From contig OZ038378.1 of the NCBI GenBank assembly GCA_964036045.1, positions 166,346,001-166,410,000 of the forward strand: a stretch of DNA of 64,000 bases, in the 5' to 3' direction. Within the stretch, counting starts at the first letter, position 1. Every line of letters begins with the position of its first letter. The notes under the pieces are model-generated. The model did no database searches and was not told the origin of the DNA. It was given only the letters and a program-made list of their open reading frames with translations. Both the position numbers and the translations under genes were made by a program. This DNA comes from Eutreptiella sp. 'Long Island Sound 2002' (taxonomy: Eukaryota; Protista; Euglenida). Shown in pieces: positions 38,401 to 50,400 of the stretch.

Positions 38401-41400
38401 GTGTCCATTTTGGGTCATCTCAGACCCCCGCCCTTCCCATTCTCGGTTTCTCAGGCGCACGATGCAAGACAATCAAGACAAGCAACGTAGGTCAGCCATA
38501 CGTCGCCAAGTGAACTGGTTCCGCGGTGGACAGGGCGCTGCCTAATCCCCGCAAACAAAAAAACCAGGAAAAAGGGGGACCATTCACTCAATCGGTCCGG
38601 AATCACGAGACAGTGTTGTGGTGCGTGTGCCGGGAGGGTGTGTGCCGGGTGCCCAATGGGTACCAGCATTACCCAGCGACGTTCTTGGCGCTAAGATGTG
38701 TGGCATTGGCTTAACCTGTTGGCACCCCCTGCCCAAGGTCAGGGCCTCTACAAAGATGATACTGATACCCCCTCCCCCACTGGGCAGGTGGAGAGGGAAA
38801 CACAAGGGGAGGTAACAGGGCAGGGCAGACCGCGCTCGCCGAAGATGGTGCCGAGCGCAGAAGGAGGCAAAGGAAAGGACAAGAGGGAAAGAATGATTGT
38901 GGTTGTTAGAAGCCCCTGTCAGGGAAAATTTTCCTGCAGATGCACACACCGGCGCGCACAAGTCAGTGCTGGAGTCGGAAACCCCGCATGGACTCGAAGT
39001 GTGCATCTGGATGCACTGGTCAACGGCACGGGCAACAGCCCGTCTCTGGGACAGCCAACCCCGGAATAGTCAAACAGGACAAGTCATCCGGGGGATCCGT
39101 TGACACAACCAAAACACATTCGGGCCCACAGAGGGTCAGCGCTTTTCAGATGTCTGTTGGCGAGGTGGAGGGTCCACCCCCTCTCTGAGACCCCCCCCCC
39201 CCTCCCTCCAAGCACATGCCCCGGGGGAACGACCCCCCCCCTTAATGTCCATCCCCGAGCACCGACACGTTGGCTGAGGACTCGGGGGGGGGGGGGGATA
39301 TGCGCCGTGTTCGTGCCGGTGCTGTTCGGCCGTGCGCCGGCGCCCGTCCGCCCTCGTCTCCGCCGCGCAGGAGCGGCTGGTACGCCCACGGGGGCTGGCG
39401 GGAGTGCGTGTCCTGCAATGACACGCAGGGGGAGCACGAGGGGTGGGTGCAGAACGGGCACTTCGACATCCACTGGGACGCCCCGGACTGGGTCGGCATG
39501 GACAAGTGGGAGCAGGTCGGGTCCGCCGCCGAGCAGTCCCTCCGCACCGACCAGGCGGGCAACACGCGCCTGCGCTTTGAGGACGAGTACACAGGTGTGC
39601 CCGGGGCGGCGGCGCCGCGGGGGCACGGCGGGGCGGGCGGGCCGCAGGAATGGGGGCGCACCGCATGCCATACCAATGCCATGCCAAGGGAGCCCTGCAG
39701 AGGCGTGCACCGAGTGCCAAACCACTGGATCGAAGCTCTCTTTTACAAAATTTTTCAGAATTTTTTGCAAATTTTTTTGCAAATTTTTTTGACCTTCTGC
39801 ACTTGCCCTCGTGTTGAACGGTGCGAAGCACTGCAGGCACCTCCAGCAGATTGAACACGGGCTCTCCCGGTTATTCGGGGCTTCGTGCCCCACACCGTGG
39901 GGCGCCGCGGAACGTCCATTGCCAACCGCCGTCGATTTTGTGACACCAATGGCCCACCACCTCCGTCACCCACAATTCTGGTGGGACTCGGGTGCTCAAT
40001 TTTAGACAGCTCCTTGTCGGAGCACCACCGTTCAAAATGATGCCTCCTTTCAAACTGCACAACTAGAGTGAAAATTATCCACCCAACTGGGTGGATTTGG
40101 TAGGTTGCTGTCGGATTGAACCCAAAAAATCCAAATCCTCAACTAGGCCGAGGACCAAAACCAAAAAAGACAGTGGGCGCATGGTCAGGGGAGGACACAA
40201 GATTGACATGATTATTGAGGGGCGGGGGGGGGGGGGGGGGCTGAGGGTCCGATGACGACATGAGGAAATGTGTGCCCACCCACGCAGTGCACCCGAGTGT
40301 CACGTGGTTCCCGTCCTCTTCGTCCCCTGGCGCTGTTGTTGTCTGTGCAGTCCTCTGGCGTGACAGGGCCTGGCTTGGTTATGTGGTGTATCATGGCACA
40401 GGGAAGGCCGCACTCCCCCGTGGCCCTGTCCTCCTGCGATACGGAGCATTTGGATTGCATCGCGTTCAGCTTTTGGTTTTGGTGCTTTGATACCTCCCCT
40501 CTGCAGCCCCCTGGGCCCGGGACGCCCTCAGCACGGCTGAAACAGCGTCACCTTCTTGGGGGTCTGTGATCCGAATTCCGTGCCCTCTTCGTTTCTTTCG
40601 CCGTTGGGTCGCGGCATATGTTCCCGCAGGCGTTTTGTGCTTCTTCAGGCGGAGACACGGGGCAGTTTGGTACCGGTTTCATGCGGTACTTCTTGTCGGG
40701 GCCGATCAACTTCAACTACCGGCAGACAGTGAATGTGGATGCGTTCAACTTCCCCACGTTCAGGGGGAGTGTGTGGACCCGCTCCATTTACATGTTGCCT
40801 CTGCCGGGGCAGCAGACCACATATGCCGCAAGGTGTGCAGCTGGACACACGTGCAGGGGCATCCGCACATGTTCCTTCTTGGAACAGAAGTCCGCCCCTT
40901 GAACCGTCTTGCTGCTGTTTGGCCTCCAGACATTTTTTGCGCAAGACTGGCAACACCAGACGTATCGGCCGGGTACTTTTTGCTGGACCGGTATGGACGC
41001 AAGGCGATAGAGGGGAGAGGGGCTTTATGTGGGGGGGGGGGGGGAGGCGAAAGGACAACAAGGAAGCAACCAACAACCAGTGGCACCCGAACAAAAAATT
41101 TGGCCTCTGTGGAGTGAGGCACAGAATTTCTTCGCCGACGTGTTGGTACCCAGAATTCTCAGATTTGAATGCACAATCCAAATGCGAGTAATTTGCCCGC
41201 ATTAGCCATGTTAGCCATTTCATTCCTCCCCAAGACGGCAAAGTTACACAGCCATTTTATTTCTCCCCGAAAGGGCAGGGTTTACACCGTTCTTCCCCTC
41301 TTCCCCGTGACAATAGGGTTTACAGGGTCATTTCACTTGTTCCCAGGATGGCAGGGGTTGCGTAGTCATTCCACTGTTGCCCTGGACGGCGGCAGCGACC

Positions 41401-44400
41401 CGGGCATTTCATTAATCCCCGACGCGGTTGGGCGACCCAGGCATTTCATTGTTACCACACATGCCGCAAGGTGTGTAGCTTGGTGGACACATCCACGGCT
41501 TTTCTTTCTTGAAAGCCCATCCCCCTCACTGTCAATCATGTGAGCTGCTGTTGTTTGGCCTCCAAACATCCTTCCACAAGACTGGCAACATCGGAAGTGT
41601 CAACGAGGGTTTGTTGTTGCTTGACCTCAGTGGGAACATGGTGGGGGGAGGGGGGCAGACCACGATCCAATTCGCCCCACCCCCCAAGGAATCCCCGCAC
41701 CACACCAATGGTGAACAACGACGAGCAACCAATGGCTGTGGCACCCGGACCATTTTTCGATTTTTGTGGACCAGGGCACAGAATTTCCCCCCCCACTTTG
41801 TTTATGCTCAGTGCTCATATTTGAATGGCAGTGATGCAGTTCAAACCATATTGGGAATCTCTGTCACTTTGTGAAACCACATCCCAATATGGACAGCTTT
41901 TGGCAATTCAAAGTGGACAAGCTTGCAACAATTCTCAATACCCACTGTACCTTGTAGTCGCTTGGGATGTGCAAAAAGTATTTGGCAATTGAAAACGGTT
42001 GTTGGGCAAGGGCCAGTGGTGTGTTGTTTCAAAGGTTGTGAGTAGTGCATGTGGTTTGTGGGCATGTGAGCACACAATGTCGCACGTTTCTTGTTGGGAC
42101 AATTGTTGGGACAGGGAAGAAGGCGCATATCCCTCAGCATATCCCTCACCAGTAAGTGTTTTTTGTGGTTCTTCAGTGGGTTGTGTCACACAAGGTTGAA
42201 AGGCAATGGTAAGATCATAATAATTGCCTTCTTGCCTTTGCAAAATTGTATGTGAGAAAAACAAGAAAGGGCTCCTAATGGAGCCTATGCAGGATCTACC
42301 CACTCCATGCCGTTTGAAGTTGTGAACCAAGTGACAGCATTGCATGACCACATGCCAACGGCACATCCCTTCATGGGCCCGTCTGACTGAATTATTGGGG
42401 AGCGAGCAGCTGTAGCAAAATGTTTGGGGTTGAGGAGAACTTGCATAGAGGGAAGCCCCATTATCTAGTCCGGTCTCATGACAACCCCTCTTGATTTGTC
42501 GTGATGTATGATATGATATAGCTAACAGCAATGCCAGCAATTCAGCTCGAGTTTGAGTGCCAACTCTGATTCTAACTCCTCTTCAAGCTCCTTTGGGACA
42601 TCCGGCTCTTTGTCAAGTAGTAGTGGAAGTAGTGAGTCTAGTGCCTCGGACTTTGTACCCTTCGAGGATGTCTGGAATGTAGGCCAAGCAGCCACGGTAA
42701 CGAGGGCGCACCGCAACAAATGCAAGCACCCCTCAATGCCATCAAAGGGAAAGGGAAAGGAGAGGAGTGCTCTATGCACATCTCGTAAATGGAGCGAGGA
42801 CTCCCATTTGGATCAACCTCATCCGTGTTTCGGTGCATATGAGGAAGCTCTGCCGCATCCTAAATTCGCAGCAAGGGAGCAAAGTGCCCAAGCTAAGGCT
42901 TGGGCGAAGGACGTTCAAGCAAGGATTGAGGAAACACATTGTACACATTGTGGTGCACATAAAGCTATTCCGCATATCTCTCGGGATCATTTATAGTGTG
43001 CCATCACGGTGGGTTTTGGCCCTTTTCCTGGGTTTTATGAAGTTTTGGTCCAATGTGCCAAAATTTCGTCCCGCTGGGCTGGGGGGGGGGGATACTTTTT
43101 GAAATCTGTGACAAAAGGCCGTTTCACAAATGTATGGGTTGAGGGGGGGTAGATGATCACATTTTTGAGCAAATGGAGCTGCAAAGTGGACGATGTGCAA
43201 CACACAGCAATGCTCGAGGGACCACAGATTATTCTGAATCTGAATCGTCGTCATTGTTGCCCCTTTCCACATGGGGAGGGACCCCATTGGGGCACACATC
43301 CCCCTGCTTGTGAATTGGAACATATTTTTCAGTTTTTCCCAATCCTGCAGCCTGCGTGCCTTGACTGGCACCCACCCCGTGTTGAGAGGCATGGCCCACA
43401 GACCGTCAGCTGTCAGGTCCACATTGCGCAGTTTGGTCAGCTGGACCTTGCGCCGGGCGATGGTCTCACTGTACCCTGATATCACCCAAACAAAGCCAGG
43501 ATGGGGCTGCAGGTTCTCAGGGTCTGGGGTTGTACCAAAATCCAACCATTTCATCTTGTTTCTGTGGTGCATCATGGGAAGCAACAGCCCGTGGAGAGAG
43601 TTTGTATGCGGACATGGTAGCTGCCTGTTGACAAAAAGAGGCAGCAAGCAACACAGGCCCTGTCCAAAACGGACGAAAATCTCAAACATGTCGTCAGTAC
43701 AGCATGCAGACCCAGGGTGTTCCAGATAGCCCTTTTCAAGGGCTTTCCGAGTATACCCCACATACCCCCCCCCCCCCTTACGGGACACACATTGGGCACA
43801 AATAAGGCAACAATGACGACGACCACCGAAAACCCACCGAGTTGGCGCAATCCCCAACGACCCCGAGAGATATTTAGAGTGGATGGAATGGTGCAATGCG
43901 CTTGCAACAATGGCTTGCAAACAGTGGAAAATGTCTTGACTGCTCACTAGGTGCCTTTGTTGGTTCAGTTGTGCATCTGATGGCTTTACTATTTTTCATG
44001 TGTCATAGATGGTAAAAGGAGATGTTATCCCACTCTTGCAAAGTGTCCAGAATGAAACAGAGGTACCTGCTTGATCAGAAAACCATTTTGCAACCACCCC
44101 TACCCCTCCACTGCCCACGCCGCGGTGTTTGGGGTCCGGAACTGAACCGAAGATGCCCCTATTTTTTTGGGTCACACCCAAAGTAGGTAGGTACTGACCC
44201 CAGCACTGCCCCCTGGTGTTGCTCTTGATGTCCCACACGCAGTGGGCGCGGGCCACCTACAATATGCAGCACCTGGTGTTCTCCTGTATCCCTTTTTAAT
44301 TCCCGCACTGTCGCTGTCACCAATGTCACCACCCACTGTCACCACAACTGTGCCCAGGGGTGAGAATGGGCAGTGCTTTGCGGCCTCAATGGCCCAGGGT

Positions 44401-47400
44401 GAATTGTGTTCTTGCTTTCTGCTACCAGGGTTTTTCTTAGTGTGTGTCCTACCCTACGGGGGGCAGGGGGGTTGTCAGAATTTCTGGGTGGGTGGGTTTC
44501 CAACCCCCCTCCCCTCCCCCTGTAGGGTGGGCCATTGTGGGGGACTTTGGGTCAGCGCCAAAGGCGCTGGTCTGTGGTAAGGCATTTTGCCTATGGTAGT
44601 TGGGTAGATGGTTGGGTGGGTGGGTGTCCAATAGCCCCCCCCCCCCCCTTTGGGGGTGGGACATTTGTGAGTCTGTGGGTTTGCCAAAAATCTGGGTGGG
44701 TGAGTCCCTCAAATTACAGCCTCCCCCCCCCCCCCCGCGGTTAAGAAAAGCCCTGTCTGCTACCCCGTCCATGCACGGCTTCCAGGTTCACATTCGTGAC
44801 GACCAACGGGACGGATGTCAGGGAAGCGCCATTTGTTGGGGCTTTCACTGGGGTCGGAGCCTGGCAGTACGGTGAAGTGCTGTATACACCGGAGTTCCCT
44901 TTGAAAACAGTGACAATAGAACTGATCCTTGAAAACTGGAGCCCAGGTCTGAATGTACTTTGCAGCTCAAGGAGGGGGACTGATGTGCGTTAGAGATAGG
45001 AGAGAGGAATCCCCAGGGAATCCTTATAGGGAAATAGGGTCCCCAGGGGCTGTACAGGGGCATTTGGGAATGCCTTCACTGCTGAGCGGCAAAGCAGCGG
45101 GGCAGTTGTGGCAGTTACCAACACAGTTGGCAGCGCTTGGGGCCAGGTCACGGCTTAGTGGCGACCGGGGGGGGGGGGGGTCAGAGCGGCTTAGTGGCGA
45201 CCGGAGGGGGGGGGGGGTTGATTGGGTGGGTCAGAGGCCAAAAAAAACTTTGTGTACCTAAAATCGACCTCCAATTTCCGCCCCATTCGATAAATTTCAT
45301 TCTTTTCCGGAGGAAAAATTTTCTGATGTGGGAGGAGCCCAGGCCACCATTCTGCCCCCCCCCCCCCCCCCGGTAACGGTAAGCTGTGGCCTGGTTGGGG
45401 CCATAGGCCATAGCCCAGGGCATCCCTGTGTTGGGCTATGGAAGATGAATCCCAGAATCACCACCCCATACCATTGCAGCAACAGAATCAGCAACGGACA
45501 AGTGTCCGTATCATAAGTCTACGAGATGCCTAATTGTTCAGTTGGGGGTGGGGCAGGCGGGGGGGGGGGGGAGCACAGGTGCGGTATCCCCACCCTCTAC
45601 ACTCTATGTCCCTCCATCCACTTGACACTACCCTCAGTGATCCACGCAGGTACTGCCAAAACGAGTGCCATGCTTCACATGCCATATTCCACAGACGGTG
45701 CCGTCACAGTCCGAAGGCAGGGCAGCCACACTACAAAGGCAAGGCCACGGTCCAAAGGCACTGCGAGTGGGAGACCGCCTGACAGACCACTGCCGTCTGG
45801 TGTTTTGCCGAGTGCTGTCGGAAATGCATTGTACGACGCGTCGGGGCGTCGTACAAGGCGTCGGGGCCCGACGCGTCGGGAGCGTACGACGCGTCGTACA
45901 GTGTCGTACAAGGTGTCGTACAGGCGGGTAAACGATGACTACTGGGGACCCCTTGCATCCCGGCAGGAGCACTGCCCCCGGCCCCTTGCATCCCGGCAGG
46001 AGCACTGCCCCCGGCCCCTTGCATCCCGGCAGGAGCACTGCCCCCAGCCCCTTGCATCCCGGCAGGAGCACTGCCCCCGGCCCCTTGCATCCCGGCAGGA
46101 GCACTGCCCCCAGCCCCTTGCATCCCGGCAGGAGCACTGCCCCCGGCCCCTTGCATCCCGGCAGCAGCACTGCCCCCGGCCCCTTGCATCCCGGCAGGAG
46201 CACTGCCCCCGGCCCCTTGCATCCCGGCAGGAGCACTGCCCCCGGCCCCTTGCATCCCGGCAGGAGCACTGCCCCCAGCCCCTTGCATCCCGGCAGGAGC
46301 ACTGCCCCCGGCCCCTTGCATCCCGGCAGGAGCACTGCCCCCGGCCCCTTGCATCCCGGCAGGAGCACTGCCCCCGGCCCCTTGCATCCCGGCAGGAGCA
46401 CTGCCCCCAGCCCCTTGCATCCCGGCAGGAGCACTGCCCCAGCCCCTTGCATCCCGGCAGGAGCACTGCCCCCGGCCCCTTGCATCCCGGCAGGAGCACT
46501 GCCCCCGGCCCCTTGCATCCCGGCAGGAGCACTGCCCCCGGCCCCTTGCATCCCGGCAGGAGCACTGCCCCCGGCCCCTTGCATCCCGGCAGGAGCACTG
46601 CCCCCAGCCCCTTGCATCCCGGCAGGAGCACTGCCCCCGGCCCCTTGCATCCCGGCAGGAGCACTGCCCCCGGCCCCTTGCATCCCGGCAGGAGCACTGC
46701 CCCCGGCCCCTTGCATCCCGGCAGGAGCACTGCCCCCGGCCCCTTGCATCCCGGCAGGAGCACTGCCCCCAGCCCCTTGCATCCCGGCAGGAGCACTGCC
46801 CCCAGCCCCTTGCATCCCGGCAGGAGCACTGCCCCCAGCCCCTTGCATCCCGGCAGGAGCACTGCCCCCGGCCCCTTGCATCCCGGCAGGAGCACTGCCC
46901 CCGGCCCCTTGCATCCCGGCAGGAGCACTGCCCCCGGCCCCTTGCATCCCGGCAGGAGCACTGCCCCCAGCCCCTTGCATCCCGGCAGGAGCACTGCCCC
47001 CAGCCCCTTGCATCCCGGCAGGAGCACTGCCCCCGGCCCCTTGCATCCCGGCAGGAGCACTGCCCCCGGCCCCTTGCATCCCGGCAGGAGCACTGCCCCC
47101 GGCCCCTTGCATCCCGGCAGGAGCACTGCCCCCAGCCCCTTGCATCCCGGCAGGAGCACTGCCCCCAGCCCCTTGCATCCCGGCAGGAGCACTGCCCCCA
47201 GCCCCTTGCATCCCGGCAGGAGCACTGCCCCCGGCCCCTTGCATCCCGGCAGGAGCACTGCCCCCAGCCCCTTGCATCCCGGCAGGAGCACTGCCCCCAG
47301 CCCCTTGCATCCCGGCAGGAGCACTGCCCCAGCCCCTTGCATCCCGGCAGGAGCACTGCCCCGGCCCCTTGCATCCCGGCAGGAGCACTGCCCCCAGCCC

Positions 47401-50400
47401 CTTGCATCCCGGCAGGAGCACTGCCCCCGGCCCCTTGCATCCCGGCAGGAGCACTGCCCCCAGCCCCTTGCATCCCGGCAGGAGCACTGCCCCCGGCCCC
47501 TTGCATCCCGGCAGGAGCACTGCCCCCAGCCCCTTGCATCCCGGCAGGAGCACTGCCCCCGGCCCCTTGCATCCCGGCAGGAGCACTGCCCCCGGCCCCT
47601 TGCATCCCGGCAGCAGCACTGCCCCCGGCCCCTTGCATCCCGGCAGCAGCACTGCCCCCGGCCCCTTGCATCCCGGCAGCAGCACTGCCCCCGGCCCCTT
47701 GCATCCCGGCAGGAGCACTGCCCCCGGCCCCTTGCATCCCGGCAGGAGCACTGCCCCCAGCCCCTTGCATCCCGGCAGGAGCACTGCCCCCGGCCCCTTG
47801 CATCCCGGCAGGAGCACTGCCCCCAGCCCCTTGCATCCCGGCAGGAGCACTGCCCCCGGCCCCTTGCATCCCGGCAGGAGCACTGCCCCCAGCCCCTTGC
47901 ATCCCGGCAGGAGCACTGCCCCCGGCCCCTTGCATCCCGGCAGGAGCACTGCCCCCGGCCCCTTGCATCCCGGCAGGAGCACTGCCCCCGGCCCCTTGCA
48001 TCCCGGCAGGAGCACTGCCCCCGGCCCCTTGCATCCCGGCAGGAGCACTGCCCCCGGCCCCTTGCATCCAGGAGCACCTGCCCCCGCCCCTTGCATCCGG
48101 CAGGAGCACTGCCCCCAGCCCCTTGCATCCCGGCAGGCAGCACTGCCCCCGGCCCCTTGCATCCCGGCAGCAGCACTGCCCCCGGCCCCTTGCATCCCGG
48201 CAGCAGCACTGCCCCCAGCCCCTTGCATCCCGGCAGGAGCACTGCCCCCGGCCCCTTGCATCCCGGCAGGAGCACTGCCCCCAGCCCCTTGCATCCCGGC
48301 AGGAGCACTGNNNNNNNNNNNNNNNNNNNNNNNNNNNNNNNNNNNNNNNNNNNNNNNNNNNNNNNNNNNNNNNNNNNNNNNNNNNNNNNNNNNNNNNNNN
48401 NNNNNNNNNNNNNNNNNNNNNNNNNNNNNNNNNNNNNNNNNNNNNNNNNNNNNNNNNNNNNNNNNNNNNNNNNNNNNNNNNNNNNNNNNNNNNNNNNNNN
48501 NNNNNNNNNNCCTTGCATCCCGGCAGGAGCACTGCCCCCAGCCCCTTGCATCCCGGCAGGAGCACTGCCCCCGGCCCCTTGCATCCCGGCAGGAGCACTG
48601 CCCCCGGCCCCTTGCATCCCGGCAGGAGCACTGCCCCCGGCCCCTTGCATCCCGGCAGGAGCACTGCCCCCGGCCCCTTGCATCCCGGCAGGAGCACTGC
48701 CCCCGGCCCCTTGCATCCCGGCAGGAGCACTGCCCCCGGCCCCTTGCATCCCGGCAGGAGCACTGCCCCCGGCCCCTTGCATCCCGGCAGGAGCACTGCC
48801 CCCGGCCCCTTGCATCCCGGCAGGAGCACTGCCCCCGGCCCCTTGCATCCCGGCAGGAGCACTGCCCCCGGCCCCTTGCATCCCGGCAGGAGCACTGCCC
48901 CCGGCCCCTTGCATCCCGGCAGGAGCACTGCCCCCGGCCCCTTGCATCCCGGCAGGAGCACTGCCCCCGGCCCCTTGCATCCCGGCAGGAGCACTGCCCC
49001 CGGCCCCTTGCATCCCGGCAGGAGCACTGCCCCCGGCCCCTTGCATCCCGGCAGGAGCACTGCCCCCGGCCCCTTGCATCCCGGCAGGAGCACTGCCCCC
49101 GGCCCCTTGCATCCCGGCAGGAGCACTGCCCCCGGCCCCTTGCATCCCGGCAGGAGCACTGCCCCCGGCCCCTTGCATCCCGGCAGGAGCACTGCCCCCG
49201 GCCCCTTGCATCCCGGCAGGAGCACTGCCCCCGGCCCCTTGCATCCCGGCAGGAGCACTGCCCCCGGCCCCTTGCATCCCGGCAGGAGCACTGCCCCCGG
49301 CCCCTTGCATCCCGGCAGGAGCACTGCCCCCGGCCCCTTGCATCCCGGCAGGAGCACTGCCCCCGGCCCCTTGCATCCCGGCAGGAGCACTGCCCCCAGC
49401 CCCTTGCATCCCGGCAGGAGCACTGCCCCCGGCCCCTTGCATCCCGGCAGGAGCACTGCCCCCGGCCCCTTGCATCCCGGCAGGAGCACTGCCCCCGGCC
49501 CCTTGCATCCCGGCAGGAGCACTGCCCCCGGCCCCTTGCATCCCGGCAGGAGCACTGCCCCCGGCCCCTTGCATCCCGGCAGGAGCACTGCCCCCGGCCC
49601 CTTGCATCCCGGCAGGAGCACTGCCCCCGGCCCCTTGCATCCCGGCAGGAGCACTGCCCCCGGCCCCTTGCATCCCGGCAGGAGCACTGCCCCCGGCCCC
49701 TTGCATCCCGGCAGGAGCACTGCCCCCGGCCCCTTGCATCCCGGCAGGAGCACTGCCCCCGGCCCCTTGCATCCCGGCAGGAGCACTGCCCCCGGCCCTT
49801 GCATCCCGGCAGGAGCACTGCCCCCGGCCCCTTGCATCCCGGCAGGAGCACTGCCCCCGGCCCCTTGCATCCCGGCAGCAGCACTGCCCCCGGCCCCTTG
49901 CATCCCGGCAGGAGCACTGCCCCCGGCCCCTTGCATCCCGGCAGCAGCACTGCCCCCGGCCCCTTGCATCCCGGCAGCAGCACTGCCCCGGCCCCTTGCA
50001 TCCCGGCAGGAGCACTGCCCCCGGCCCCTTGCATCCCGGCAGGAGCACTGCCCCCGGCCCCTTGCATCCCGGCAGGAGCACTGCCCCCGGCCCCTTGCAT
50101 CCCGGCAGCAGCACTGCCCCCGGCCCCTTGCATCCCGGCAGGAGCACTGCCCCCGGCCCCTTGCATCCCGGCAGGAGCACTGCCCCCCGGCCCCTTGCAT
50201 CCCGGCAGGAGCACTGCCCCCGGCCCCTTGCATCCCGGCAGGAGCACTGCCCCCGGCCCCTTGCATCCCGGCAGCAGCACTGCCCCGGCCCCTTGCATCC
50301 CGGCAGGAGCACTGCCCCCGGCCCCTTGCATCCCGGCAGGAGCACTGCCCCGGCCCCTTGCATCCCGGCAGGAGCACTGCCCCGGCCCCTTGCATCCCGG

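Noticed and set aside
40351-40481. Extra exon between exons 8 and 9 (with acceptor 40630 for exon 9)
   Set aside because: Not needed: acceptor 40647-40648 gives an in-phase direct join and a contiguous CBM-like sequence
41935-43947. 318-aa and 201-aa minus-strand ORFs and a 147-aa plus-strand ORF
   Set aside because: No recognisable motif and one spans a G-run; probably TE debris, but I cannot assign a family
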